In this document: piece after piece, positions 1-13,460 of the stretch
How positions within the stretch are numbered: the stretch's first letter is position 1
Layout: each line of letters opens with the position of its first letter
DNA from: Octopus vulgaris
Taxonomy: Eukaryota
Length of the DNA: 64,000 bases
Direction of reading: 5' to 3'
Assembly: GCA_951406725.2 (NCBI GenBank)
Contig: OX597829.1
Span: 4,774,001 to 4,838,000, forward strand
Program-made: the position numbers and the translations under genes
The notes under the pieces: generated by a model
What the model was told of the DNA's origin: nothing
Seen by the model: only the letters and a program-made list of their open reading frames with translations
The model's database searches: none

Positions 1-243
1 TGTTGTGTTCTTGAGCAAGACACTTTATTTCCCGCTACTTCTGTTAACTCAGCTGTAGAAATGAGTCGCGACGTCACAGGTGCCAAGCTGAATCAGCTTT
101 TGCCTTTCCCTTGGATAACATCAGTGGTGTGAAGAGGGGAGACTGGTATGCATGGGTGACTGCTGGTCTTCCACAAACAACCTTACCCGGAAGGTAAAAA
201 TCTTGGTGCAATCCCATGGTCATTCATGATCAAGGGAGGTCTT
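1..243 (+). mobile_element. SINE fragment (5' end outside window)
   Basis: Body motif 'ttgagcaagacactttatttc..actcagctg..aaatgagt' is shared with the fragment at ~35910-36056; ends at a (TA)n tract. Confidence 0.6.
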
Positions 244-247
244 TTCT

Positions 248-328
<81 letters not shown>

Positions 329-332
<4 letters not shown>

Positions 333-625
333 TGCAGCGTGGAAGGTGTTTATAAGCCATTTAAGAAACACACAAAAGCCGTTCGATTCACTCCAACATT
401 TAAGTTTAATTTGTCAAAATATTTTCGTCGCTAAAATCCGCGACCTGTTCACTGACGAAAATCCGTGCTGCATCTACGGATTTTTGTCAGTGAACAGGTC
501 GCGGATTTTAGCGACGAAAATATTTTGTGTGTTTCTTAAATGGCTTATAAACACCTTCCACGCTGCAATTGTTTTCGTTTCAGCACACGATCTCAGATCA
601 AATTACTTGCTATGCGAGTACATCT

Positions 626-629
<4 letters not shown>
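329..629. mobile_element. Head-to-head inverted PLE-type 3' ends between (TA)n tracts
   Basis: Arms 329-466 and 476-571 are reverse complements (right arm has a ~40-nt deletion); right end 'ctccc-tatata' matches other PLE-type ends here; each arm has a hammerhead motif. Confidence 0.7.
413..456 (-). ncRNA. Minimal type I hammerhead ribozyme, G3-C8 core variant
   Basis: GUCA-GUGAACA-G-GUCGC-ggauuuua-GCGAC-GAAA-AUAU-UU-UGAC: stem I, swapped core pair, stem II, palindromic stem III. Second copy at 485-527 (+) lacks stem I'. Confidence 0.65.
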
Positions 630-690
<61 letters not shown>

Positions 691-1006
691 TTATGGGGGT
701 TTAGTTCACGGGAGATTTAACGACTAGGTACGCTGGGTTAAGTGTTGTTACGGATTACCAGGGCTCCAAGGTCATAGCCGAGGTGGGAGTTATGGAACAA
801 TTGTAGATTTCCAATATAGCAAATGCATAATTGGTAAAGAGGACAGCGTTAAGGCAAGACAAACATCTCAAGTCATATATGTCATAATTGGAAAAATTCA
901 AAGTGTTACAGGTGCTTCTGGGATATCCCAAGGTATATACATACATACATATACATATATTTATATATATATGTATGTATGTATATATATATATATGTAT
1001 GTATAT

Positions 1007-1052
<46 letters not shown>

Positions 1053-1127
1053 GTATATATATATATATATATATGTTATACATATATATATATACACACA
1101 CATATATATATATGTATGTATGTATGA

Positions 1128-1160
<33 letters not shown>

Positions 1161-1290
1161 TGTATGTATGTATGTATGTATGTATGTATGTATGTGCGTA
1201 TGTATGTGTGTATGTATGAATGTATGTATGTGTGTGTGTATGTATGTATGTATGTATGTATGTATGTATGTATGTATGTGTGTGTATAAG

Positions 1291-1830
1291 CTGCATTACT
1301 GAAATTTCAGACTTTTTCAAGAGAGACATTCATTAATTTCAAATAAGTAAAAAAAAATAATTTAATCTTCAAAGTAAGATCGTCTGACCTCAATGTAATT
1401 GTTGTAGCGTTCCAGCTCATTCATGGAGGCTCCATACAAGTCCTCCAAAGTGAAGGTACCCTGGACCCTTATCACAGCCTACTTCATATTCTCATTCATG
1501 TTGGGGAACAACTAAATATTACCGGGAGCAAGGTGTGGACTGTTGGAAGGGTGAAGGATAGTTTTGATGCCCATCTCTCTCACGTAGTTAGTTACAAAGA
1601 TGGAATTGCTAACTGGTGCCTTGTCCTGGTGCAGGTTATTTGGCCCTTTGCAACGAAATCTCTTCCCGAACTCCGCCAAACCTCCACACTGTACACTTTA
1701 TTGAGCGTCTGGCCCGATGGTACCCAGTAAATGTAGATGATGCGGTTGCCGTCGAAAAGGATGGTCATGATGAACATCCTGGTGGATTTAATTTGCCTGG
1801 CTAATTGGCCGGCAAACAACGGATGATCAA
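1291..1830 (-). mobile_element. Mariner transposase remnant
   Basis: Translation 'MTILFDGNRIIYIYWVPSGQTLNKVYSVEV' matches the mariner FFD..G...VP.GQTVN..YY.EVL motif; a C-terminal 'YFED'-like segment lies at ~1365-1400. Confidence 0.75.
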
Positions 1831-2136
1831 CTCATATGAACTAATTCATAGGCAGTCTGGAACGTTTCATATGTTTAACTTAAACCTTTATTGCATGGCG
1901 AGTTTCGAAATTGCCTTCACATATCGATTGCCTTTTGCAAGCTAATTGGATATGTGAGTCGGTCTTTAGCAGGTATGGTCCAAAGAAAGTGTTGTTAGAG
2001 ACGTCGCGTTTAATCTCTAATGAAAAAACTTGGCAGGTCAGCTTATCATATATGCTGACATGATATAATAAAATTACACTAGTCTAGAACAGATACAACT
2101 GCCTCTTCTAAAAAGATTCTTACGACTCTGAAATGA

Positions 2137-2187
<51 letters not shown>

Positions 2188-2342
2188 TAGTTGAATGAAT
2201 TATCTTAGTATGGATAATTCGGTTAACCGATACCTGGGTAGCAAATTCACGTCAGAAAAACACGGTTGAAGCTACATGCCAAGGGCAAAGATCACGTGCT
2301 TTCATGTGGAAGTTTGTGTGTTTTTTTAATACAAATAAATAA

Positions 2343-2478
2343 AAGAATGGAGTTGAACGACGATTTAACAAAATTCCTTTATTCTCGACATATGTTTCGT
2401 AATTAGGAATATGCAGCCTTCGAAACATATGTCGAGAATAAAGGAATTTTGTTAAATCGTCGTTCAACTCCATTCTTT
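2343..2478. repeat. Perfect ~58-bp inverted repeat of a PLE-type 3' end carrying the 3' half of a hammerhead
   Basis: aagaatggagttg...acatatgtttcg / cgaaacatatgt...caactccattctt; each arm reads GAAA-CAUAUG-UC-GAGA then aauaaa. Confidence 0.75.
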
Positions 2479-2479
2479 C

Positions 2480-2514
<35 letters not shown>

Positions 2515-3486
2515 TTTCATATATTCATAAACGTCTCTCCAATTTTGTCTCTCTCACACATAGTATCTCATTTGAGAATAACGCTCTCCCTCACTTAACG
2601 CAAAATCTTAATTTTATCCGTAATCTTGACTCTCAGTCTTTTTTCCTCTTCTCTCTCTCTTTCTCTTTCTCTCTCTCTCGCAAATGTTCATATAAATCTG
2701 TGTTTTTGATAAATCGATATGCATATTACGCACACACACACACACAAACACACAAAAACACACGGTAATCCAAGCACTCTCTAATCGTCATCACGTCCTC
2801 TCATACAGGTGGGATCGATGTAGTTGATGTTCTGACTGACTGTTTGTTGTTTACTACAACCCTGGGTAGGCAGAGTAAAAGTAACGGTGGCAGGAGTAAC
2901 TTAAAATTCCTTCATCTAGTGAAGGACATAATTTAGCACAAAGAAGGGTGGGGAACATCAATCGAGAGACTCGTGCCGTGTTGTGACATGTCACATGATT
3001 TGGAATGTAATATTACAAGTTCTAGTCTAGTATCAGATTAGCTCAGTGGTATACATGATCATAAACAACAGGTTTCCAGTTCGCAAGTTAACTGTAATTT
3101 TCCAATAGCATTTTACTAATGGAAAAAGTGGAAGAACTTTGGTGTATTTTCCAGAAAAAAATTGATAAAAAGCTACAATTGTTCGACTGGGAGAGGGAAG
3201 TGCACGTCATAGGAGTGGCGCCAGTCATGAGACTTTCGCCTTTTCCGACTCACGTGACTAAAACCTATAAAAACGCACCTGCAAGGAAAAAAATTACCTG
3301 GTGTAAATGTATACAACTGATGGAATTTCACAACAGTCGGCAAGAAATTAGCAGTCTTCGTTATTTGTTCTTGTACAAATTTTATTCAACGAAATAATAT
3401 TCAACTGCAACCCGCCGAGGTCTATTTTATCTTTCGTCGTTTCGGGAACCAATAAAATAAGCACCATTTGAGTTCTGCGGTTGATG

Positions 3487-3517
<31 letters not shown>

Positions 3518-4697
3518 AAGCATGTTCACGTGTAAAATATAAATGTTTGCTCATTTCTATTTTTATATACGTTTCAGGACAATTACATTTAATATGTCCA
3601 CCAAGGAAGCAACCAGAAAACGATGTAAGAAATAAGAGGAATTAAAAGCATTTTACAGAAAGAGAAAAATCTTTATAAAAATCGAATAAAAAGTAATAAT
3701 TTTTGGTATGCTTGCTAGGTTTCTTTTGACAATAAATTCTGTACTACAATCCCGAAATAAACAGCTTTTGTTTCTTATCCCTCGTTAATATTAATTTTTT
3801 TTAAATGTGTCTTTAAGATATTGATAAGAATTTGAGAGAAGTTTCTTTGTTATTTTCCTAGTTAGTCAAGCATGTAGAAGATGCCTGGTATCGATTTTTG
3901 ATATTGATAGAAGTTTACAAATATTAAGTTAGTGGGTAAGTGAGTAAGCATTTCTAGCAATTAACTCAAACACGTGCATTACTTATTTTATCGACCGCAG
4001 AAGGATTAAATAAGTTGTCTCTGAATTCATTCAAACTGACAACTAAAAAGAACGTAGCTAAATTTTGCAAGTCAATTTACTCCAGTTGGTTTCAGCAAGC
4101 CACTATCTTGATAATTACTTCTAACATAGAAGTACAAGGTCACAAATCTAGGGAAGAAGTGCAAGAACTTGTTATTGCCAAGGAAAGAAAAACTCCAAGA
4201 GTGTAGTGTACGTTGTATCGACACTGAAAGTATAAAAGTCGATATTGACTTTACTAGGATGTGTACTCAGGACATAAAGGGCAAAAGATACACCATTAAG
4301 TATATTGGTCGATGCATTAACGTTAATACCAGCACAATACGATTAATATTAATATAATTATTTAAGATTAATATTTTTATTATAATGTCATTAATAACAA
4401 TTTCTAATACATAAAGTATTGGTAAGAAACTGAGTAGGTTACTAAGCCGTGACTGCAAAAGTATGAAAACAAAGTCAACTCTAACCGGATGTGAATGTAA
4501 CTGTAAGACAAATAAATACTGAAATGCGCGTAAAATTATTGATTTAACTTTTCTGCTATTCACAGCTATTGAAATAATGTGTAAACAATTGAAGAATTGC
4601 GAAACTGGTAAGGAATTGAACATGCCTTATGCAGACAACTCTTCTGTGTTCTAGGCTCAAATTTGGTCAGGAGTGCTCTTATTCTTTTGGGAGTAGA

Positions 4698-4745
<48 letters not shown>

Positions 4746-5129
4746 ATACACATACTCACTCACACAATCATGTATGCTTTTAATGTAAAGTTATATATAT
4801 ATATATATATATATAAACATTTAACATTAAACTCAAGAATTAATAATTTTTAGTAGAGTACATATTAAATCCTACAAGGAAAAGGTGGAGAGTCACTTCG
4901 TAATTTCGGTTTGTCCTCCTCCTTGTCCTATCCCTTTTTAAACATACAAGTCTGATGAGGATATCAATTGCTAGTTTATTCGTCAAAATATTCATAAAGG
5001 CTTCCATCCTAACGATAAATATCACAAGCTAATAAAAAATGCAACAAAAAAAAAAACCAAAACTTCGAAAAACTGTTGCCAATCATCATAACCAACAAAA
5101 CTTTCAAAAGATGAAAGCCTAAGCTCCAT

Positions 5130-5560
5130 ATCTAACTGCAACTACAACACACTTCGTTCTGCACTCTCAACAACAATTGCCTTTCAAGCAACAGTGACTA
5201 CAAATATTATAACCAGTCAAAACCAGGTGTATATTGGTTTAACAGTAAATTAGCTCAAAACCTGATGAAACTATAACAAGCACATTTTTCGCAACCGAAA
5301 CGGTAAAAGTGAAACTTCACTATCTTAACATATAAGGAAGCTGAAGTTGTAAAATATCCCATTTAGCAGTAACAGAAAGTATTACATGCTCAACCACACC
5401 AAAAAACATCTTTGTTAATTTTCGGCTGCTGAATCCTAGCAAATTCTCTATTTTAAGACACAAATACTGAATCGCAATTCCGGAATAGTTTCGTTTTGCA
5501 AACCAAACAAGAGCGGCAATACAAGACTTTTTAAACCTATAAACTAAACATGCAAACTTT
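5130..5560 (+). pseudogene. Degenerate PLE GIY-YIG endonuclease
   Basis: Manual translation 'QATVTT..NQVYIGLTVN*LKT**NYNKHIFRN..ETSLS*HIRKLKL*NIPF' fits the PLE GIY-YIG layout, with multiple stops. Confidence 0.6.
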
Positions 5561-5818
5561 TCACTCACTTACCTACCTATTTTACCATAAATGATCATAG
5601 ATACAACTCAGAATCTTGTGCGTCTGAAAAACACTGAAGCTTTTTCATACATCACTTTTCATACATCACTTTCATACATATCTTTTATGCATTTGTGGAT
5701 GAAAGTAGTTGTACAGGTTAGGCTTAGTATGCACAGATGCATATATGTACATATATGTGTACGTATGCGTGTGTGTATGTATATGCATGTATATATATAT
5801 ATATGTATGTATGTATAT

Positions 5819-5867
<49 letters not shown>

Positions 5868-5886
5868 TATATATATAATATATATA

Positions 5887-6118
5887 TGGCGGCGAGATGG
5901 CAGAAACGTTTGCGCGCCGGGCGAAATGCTTAGCGGTATTACGCCTGTCGTTACGTTGTGAGTTCAAATTCCGCCGAGGTCGACTTTGCCTTTCATCCTT
6001 TCGGGGTCGATAAATAAAGTACCAATTTCGCACTGGGGTCGATGTAATCGACTTAATCCCTTTGTCTGTCCTTGTTTGTCCCCTCTATGTTTAGCCCCTT
6101 GTGGGTAGTAAAGAAATA
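5887..6118 (+). mobile_element. tRNA-derived SINE, family with central 'gcctttcatcctttcggggtcgataaa' domain
   Basis: A-box-like 'tggcagaaac', B-box 'gagttcaaattcc'; close copies at 41680-41882 (+) and 43800-43975 (-); degraded copies near 3400, 18900, 21000, 21400, 25300. Confidence 0.8.
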
Positions 6119-6120
6119 TA

Positions 6121-6209
<89 letters not shown>

Positions 6210-6281
6210 CGTATATATATGTATATATATAAATTAGATAAAAAGAGAAAACGGAATGTACCAACAAACACATTTATATTA

Positions 6282-6386
6282 CCACAACAATTATTTCTTC
6301 TTCTAAATGCACTGCTACCTTGTGGACGTGGAATGATTCAGTAACGGCAGATTCAACGCACAGCACATAGACACCTCTTCAGGTGG
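6282..6386 (-). ncRNA. Hammerhead ribozyme with long stem II insert
   Basis: CCAC-CUGAAGA-[~78 nt including ucua/uaga and augugcug/cagugcau pairings]-GAAA-UAAUUG-UU-GUGG. Confidence 0.55.
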
Positions 6387-7210
6387 GATAATGAGATTTT
6401 TAAACTGGGAAATTTACATTTGAATTTCGTTGTATTCAGAGATTTTAACAGTTAGACAGACGCTCAAGCAAACAGAAGCGCAATTCTTATGTTTAAATCA
6501 GCGCAAAGCCATACAGACGCTCATATTGATAATTATACTCGTAGACACACGCCAACACACATCGCATGTAGGTATGTAAGTCAGCCACACCTGCACACAG
6601 CCATACACACATACAGAAACACACCTACAATCTCAGATGCGTCACTCAGGGCACAAAGTTTCACCCGCCCAGACACATACAGAGATCGCATCAACACTGC
6701 CACCACGGAGCACACAGGTATATCCGCAGGCACACTCACACCCTCATGCAATGCTCACAGATACCCCGCCACACACACACACACGCCCCATCACACACAT
6801 TTCACAAGCATAAAAATCCAAAACTACGTTGACATCCACAGTCTCACATGTGAGCAGGCACGTACACTTATACATACAAACATTCATACACATATATTCA
6901 AATGTACACATCAGTTCATATAAGAGACTTCCACTCAGCACACACACACACAGGCAGATAGAAACATGTCAACTCAGCACATACATGCGCACGCTCACAA
7001 GACTACTCAAACACACTTGCAGGCACAGAGCAATAAACAGGTGTGAGGGAAAAAGCCCACACACCTGTTCATGGCCACATAGCAATGTATGGAATGATAG
7101 CATGGTGTTCACAATTCAATGTGGATTATGGCAGTTCAGTGCCGTGTTTACAGGTTGGTAGTATTTGAAGGTGACTTTCATGGTATATATACAAAGTGTA
7201 ATCCGTTCAG

Positions 7211-7607
7211 TTAATTTATTAATAATCTTTTCCGTAGTAAGCAAGATTGATAGAGATTCTTCATCTTTTCCGTAGTAAGCAAGATTGATAGAGATTCTTC
7301 AGAGCACAATTGATAGGTTCTAGAATGTGTGTTGTAGGGTTTTGCATATTTTACAATCGACCATGAAATCTTATATTTAACCTTGTCGATTTTCAGTTGC
7401 CAGAAAAAACCCGCCAGTGATGTCATGTGTCTCTTCGTTCAAATTTTTAAAACTAGAAATATGATTTCTATATCGATTCTTGAAAGAATCAGCCGTGGAC
7501 CCAACGTACACATAAGAGCTTTCACTCGTGTGCACAGTGCGTTTATAGACGATGTTACGAGTCATGTAAAGATTATCCAATGAGCAATTAAATAGGTGCT
7601 TGAGCAC
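7211..7607 (-). pseudogene. PLE GIY-YIG endonuclease, frameshifted
   Basis: ORFs 'NIVYKRTV..YVYVGSTADSFKNRYRNHISSF' and 'TSLAGFFWQLK..YKISWSIVKYAKPYN..YQLCSEE'. Confidence 0.85.
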
Positions 7608-8632
7608 CTATTTGTGGCCGTTGTTGGTGACCGGGAGTTGTATAGATGTCCTGTCATTCCAGTTATAATTGGTTGTGGAGTCATCAGGCTATTGGAGTGC
7701 AGGTTCTGTATGTTCATTGTTATAGGTATATTATTAGTTCTGGATGTTTCAGTGCTGCGCTAACACAATCCCCGATCACCAACAACACGTATAAGTGTTC
7801 TTGCCTGCAGACACGTGAGACTGTGAGTGTCAATGTTTATTTGGATTTCTTTGTCTGTGGAGTGAGTGTGATAGGGTGCACGTGGATCGGGGTGGGTGGG
7901 AGTGGAATGTTGTCTGCGAGCATTGCGTGGGGGTGCGGATGTGTCTGTAGGTGCACCTCTGTGTGTGCGTGCATGTGCTCCATGGTGGCAATGTTGATGT
8001 GATCTCTGTATGTCTGGGTGGGTGAATCTTTGTGCCGAGGGATGTATCCGAGTGTATATGTGTGCTTCTGTATGTGTATATAGCTGTGTGCGGGTGTGAT
8101 TGGCTGGCATACATGTGGTGTGTACTGGCGTGTGCCAACGAGTATAATTATTAATATGTCCGTCAATATGTCTTTGCAATGGTTTAAACGTTAAGAATGT
8201 AAGCGTCTGTTTATCTGTGCATCTCTCAAATTGTAAAAATCTCTCAGTAGAACGAAACACAAATGTAAATCTCTCAGCTTAAAACCTTATTATCCCACAC
8301 GAGGAGTCTTCTGTGCCCTGTGTGTTGTATCTGGTGTTATTGCATCATTGCACGCCCACAAGGGAAAATGAAGCAATTGTAATATTTTTTTTCTTGGCAC
8401 ATTCAGTCTTCTCTTTTTGTATTTAATATATATCCAACGTCCATCCTGGAATGTTTGCTAAGTTTCGCTGATGATACCTTGTAGTCATAAGTGAGGAACA
8501 TGCTCTGCAGATATACGGCCTGGGACTTACTATGAAATATAGTTTCGGTACTGTATTTAACACATATTAGCTTAACCTTAAATCTTTGGCGGTATATTGA
8601 CATACATATATATACATAGATACATACATATT

Positions 8633-9005
<373 letters not shown>

Positions 9006-9019
9006 ACAAAAATAAAAGA

Positions 9020-9084
<65 letters not shown>

Positions 9085-9292
9085 CCTTCACACTTAGTAG
9101 AACCCCAACTATAACACAATTGTCCATCAATCCCGTTGTCAACTGTGCTGGAAAACGACTTTCACTATATAAATCTGATTATTGTCTAACGCATAAAGCA
9201 CTAATTTATTTCAATATTATAAAATTGTAAAATTTGCAAATAATAAAACGTGAAAATCAGACTAAGCCAATTTCATTGATTAATATATATAT

Positions 9293-9366
<74 letters not shown>

Positions 9367-9509
9367 TTTGGAGTGATGTACAGATAGTGCATATTTAGAA
9401 TAATAAAGTAGTCAGACTGTTGGATGTTTTGCCAACGCGCAAGAATCCACAGACAACACATCTGACAAGAGGAGCTATGGAAAATTCCACCGAGCAAACA
9501 TTTGGAAGC

Positions 9510-10160
9510 ATGTGAAGAAAAATATGTAAACGCTCGGGAAGTGAAAAAGTCTTTAACGTTTAAAACCTACGCTCTTCTACAGAAAGGAACACAGAAAGAA
9601 ACAAAGAGAGAAAATAAAGAATGTGTAGTGGCTAGCGATCTATCATGGTGAATACCGGACAGAAGGGTAACAGGAGAGCTAGGGAGAAGGGGAGATAATA
9701 AAGTAGTGGTGATCTCAAAACGAAGGTGCGCGTGCGTGTGTATAAGAGAGTTTGTGTGTGCGTGTAAAAGAGGGTTGGTGACCTTGACGTGTGCGTGTGT
9801 GTATGTGTAGGTGTGAAAATGTGGGTCTGGGAAGTGGTCAGTTCTGATGTGTGCTTGGTAGTGTGTTGTGATGTGTTGTGTGGTATGGTGGTGTAAGGTA
9901 CAGTGGTGTGTGGTATGGTGTGATGGTGTTGAGAGGTGGGGGAGGCGGGAGTAGGGAAAGCAAGTGTGGGGTGTGGATTAGGAAGAGGGTGGGGGTAGAG
10001 GTGGGGTATATGGGAGTGGGAGAAAGGGACGGGATGGGATGGGATGAGAAAAGGTGGGGGTAGAATGTATAGGGGTGGGTTTACGATGGCGTGGTGACGA
10101 TGAAGGGGGACTGTCCGACATTCGCCATAATAGATCGCTAGCTACTGCACATTCTTTATT
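9510..10160 (-). mobile_element. PLE-type 3' end (CUGUNGA-hammerhead family) with short inverted duplicate
   Basis: Homologous to 13461-13690, 19930-20095, 24050-24228 and 55470-55670; 9617-9650 is inverted at 10123-10158; degenerate HHR at 9551-9586. Confidence 0.65.
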
Positions 10161-10671
10161 ATATATATATCTTGAGTCTCCATACCGTACGATATATGAT
10201 TTTGATTTTGATTTTGATTTTTCCAGTTTCACCTAATGAGCTGTGGCCATGCTGGGGCACCGCCATTTGGTTTGCTACACGATTTTACCTCACGGATGCT
10301 TTTTAGCAAACGCCATCTGATGCATGAGAGAGTATATATATATATATATTATATATATTACATAATATATATATATATATGATATATATATTATATAATA
10401 TATATATAAATTATATATATATATATCTTATATATATATTATATAATATAATATATATATATATATTATATAATATATTATATATATATTATATAATATA
10501 TATATTATATATATTATATATATATATATATCTTATATATATATATATATTATATTATATATACATATATATATTATATAATATATATATATAACATATA
10601 TATACATATATTATATAATATATATAATATATATATAACATATATATATTATATAATATATATAATATATT

Positions 10672-10672
<1 letters not shown>

Positions 10673-10717
<45 letters not shown>

Positions 10718-10784
10718 GGATAGATAGATAGATAGATGGATGGATATGTAGATAGATAAATAGATAGATTGATTGATTGATAGG

Positions 10785-10863
<79 letters not shown>
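10673..10863. repeat. (GATA)n microsatellite after a long AT-only tract
   Basis: Direct reading. Confidence 0.95.
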
Positions 10864-10864
<1 letters not shown>

Positions 10865-11439
10865 AAGATTCAACTTTCATCGAGTAAAGTAGTAACTCCA
10901 AAATACCGGCTTGCTCACCTTCATTTGCACTTAGATACTTTTGGTTTTATATAACATTAACCAAGTTGTTTGTTATTTTGAGGTAGGTGAATTTGTGAAA
11001 TAATAATTAGGCAGGATGTTGGTAGACCGAGGAATAGTTTCGAAGGAGGAAAGTATATGTTTGCAAGGTGAGTTAATAGAAAGTTATTGAAAGAAGACTT
11101 TATTTGGTTTGATGGGGATTAGTGCTATAGTTTAGGGTTCAGCTAAGCGTGGAAGTAACTGTAAACAGGTGTGTCAAATTCATGTGTGAGAAATTGGGTC
11201 ACGACATTCTTTTGTCATGAAAGTTGGGTTTTCATGTGTTTTAGAGTTCACAAAAGAATGTTTATAGTTGAATTAGTTGGTCATCCAGTATATATTAGTC
11301 TGAGGTTGAATTGATATCAGTGTTATTAGACTACTATTAAGAGATTCTAAACTGTGTTTTGGAAATGTTAGGATTGAAAGTCTGTGTTACTGTAAATATT
11401 TGTTGAGGTATTCTAGTTTTTTTTTTTTTTTTTTTTTTT

Positions 11440-11740
11440 TGTTCCTTCTCGAGCCATGCCTGGCTCATAAGGGCCGATTTCCCGGTTTCTTGGCGTATAG
11501 GTTCCCCACCTGGACGGGACGCCGGTCTGTCGCAGGTGAGATGCAAGATGCAGGAGGAAAGAGTGAGAGAAAGTTGTGGCGAAAGAGTCAGCAGAAGTTT
11601 CGCCAATACCTTCTGCCGGAGCCGCGTGGAGCTTAGGTGTTTTCGCTCGTAAACACACGCATCGCCCGGTCTGAGATTCGAACCCGCGATTCCTCGACCG
11701 CGAGTCCGCTGCTCTAACCACTAGGCCATGTGCCTCCACA
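11440..11740 (-). mobile_element. tRNA(Arg)-like SINE
   Basis: Head 'ggaggcacatggcctagtggttagagc..gggttcgaatctc' with A/B boxes and an A-rich tail; near-identical to 14181-14480. Confidence 0.85.
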
Positions 11741-12179
11741 TTCTAGTTGGCCTTAATGTGATTATTGGTATTCATACAATATTGTAGAAAAATGCATAGC
11801 GGCATGATATTAACTATACATGTGTATAAACACATCCAGATGAATGATGGATGCTTCCTTTCCATAGCTATTATATCTATCTATATACATATAAATGTAT
11901 AAACAATATGTACATGAGTAGTATTTAAATATAGTCATACATATACATACTCACATATAACCATATATATACTTGCGGGCACCAATAAAAAATATACTGA
12001 TATGTAGTATATTATGTATACACAACTATACACATGTATGCATACATACTTAAGTTGTCTCATCTCCCCGCCACACACGCACGCACACACACACATCTTT
12101 GACACACATCTCCCCGCCACACACACATGTTATCTAAAAGTAGAAGGCACAGCAATGACGCTGAAAGTAGACTCAAAGT

Positions 12180-13010
12180 GATGGGGAACCTGGAAAAATT
12201 TATACCCTGTCCAAGAGTTCTTTTGGCCATGATTTCGAAACTTATTTAAATGGGTACTTGACGAGATACTTGGATGATTGTGCAGTCCTCTCTACTTCTG
12301 TAGGAAATACTTTACAGGGTTCCATAAATTAATAAACACCATTCATGACTCGATCAAATTTACTATGGAAAGGCATGAAAATGAACGCATTTTTCTAAAC
12401 ACTCTAATAATCAAAGAAAATGAGACAGTTAGAACCTTTCTCTTTTGCAAGAACACAGGCACCCTTCTTATGGAAAATGGACATATCAGTCGATATGGCA
12501 AACGTATATGCTCAATGGTTGCAGATACCAGTAGACAAGAGAAACGTTCTAGCAAAACTAAATGTGTTCCATCAAAAACAGAAAAACACGAAAGTTAATA
12601 ACTCATGCTATTTTCAGAGCAAAACAAATTTCGATCGATACCTTACAGAGAAACACTCATGCTAAAGATGAAAACGAAAATACAAATATAAATATTCTAT
12701 TTGTAGTCACACATAATTCTAGAAACTACAGCATTCTACATTCAACCAAACGATAGCTCTCAATTTTACATCAATGATAAAATATCCGACAAATAATTTT
12801 AAAAAAAAAAGCAAAAATCCTCAACAGTCGAAGACGATCGTCAAATCTCAAGAGACTTCTGACAAAGGAGAAAGAAATAATACAAGTAACAAACTATGGA
12901 AACTCTCTTTGTGGGCATTTGAAATGATTGAGCAAGAAAACTACCAAACACTTCAAGAATAGGAAAGAAATTAATGTAAATACAAACATGAATTGCAAAA
13001 CCGAAGTTTG
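12180..13010 (+). pseudogene. Degenerate PLE reverse transcriptase C-terminal region
   Basis: 'RYLDDC' followed by 'INTIHDSIKFTMERHENERIFLNTLIIK..VRTFLFCKNT', paralleling the element at 38900-39110. Confidence 0.7.
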
Positions 13011-13399
13011 TGTGTATCTGTGTGTGTGTTTGTGTGTGTGTGTGTATGCGTGCGTGTGTGTGCGCGCGAGCGTGTGTGTATACCCGGGTCGCTTAATCCT
13101 TCTCTTTTGTTCGAGTTTTCAACAACAAGCCATGAGGTCTTTTCTACCTCCACTTAGAGGAGAGGTCATAGGCAACCGGCCATTACGGTCTAAAGAGACG
13201 CTGTAAAGCTTAGAGCTTTATGAGCTTTATGGACGTGAAAACCTGAGTAGCTCCACAGACCGGCTATAACCACCTTTATCTAATTATACATTATTTTATG
13301 AATTTCTGTCAGCCGTCTCCCTCGCTTATAAAAGCGATGATTTAAAGTGGTTCGACGATTTAGCGTCTATGTTCAGCATATAGGCTGTGCCCTTAATTA

Positions 13400-13456
<57 letters not shown>

Positions 13457-13460
13457 TATA

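Larger units (their letters stand above)
6240..8400 (-). mobile_element. 5'-truncated Penelope-like element with inverted terminal (pLTR-like) copy
   Basis: GIY-YIG remnant at 7211-7607; ~550-bp segments 6320-6872 and 7789-8362 are diverged inverted copies; hammerhead near the 3' end. Confidence 0.7.

Noticed and set aside
760-810. Hammerhead-like remnants here and at ~51060-51120 and ~8295-8380
   Set aside because: Core and stem I are too degenerate to call as ribozymes.
7229-7301. 35-bp direct repeat pair
   Set aside because: Local tandem duplication in a PLE remnant; only two copies and no spacers, so not CRISPR-like.
6489-8260. Two similar His/Thr-rich ORFs suggesting a gene duplicate
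   Set aside because: Translations of the antisense strand of inverted PLE non-coding arms; frames are not conserved.
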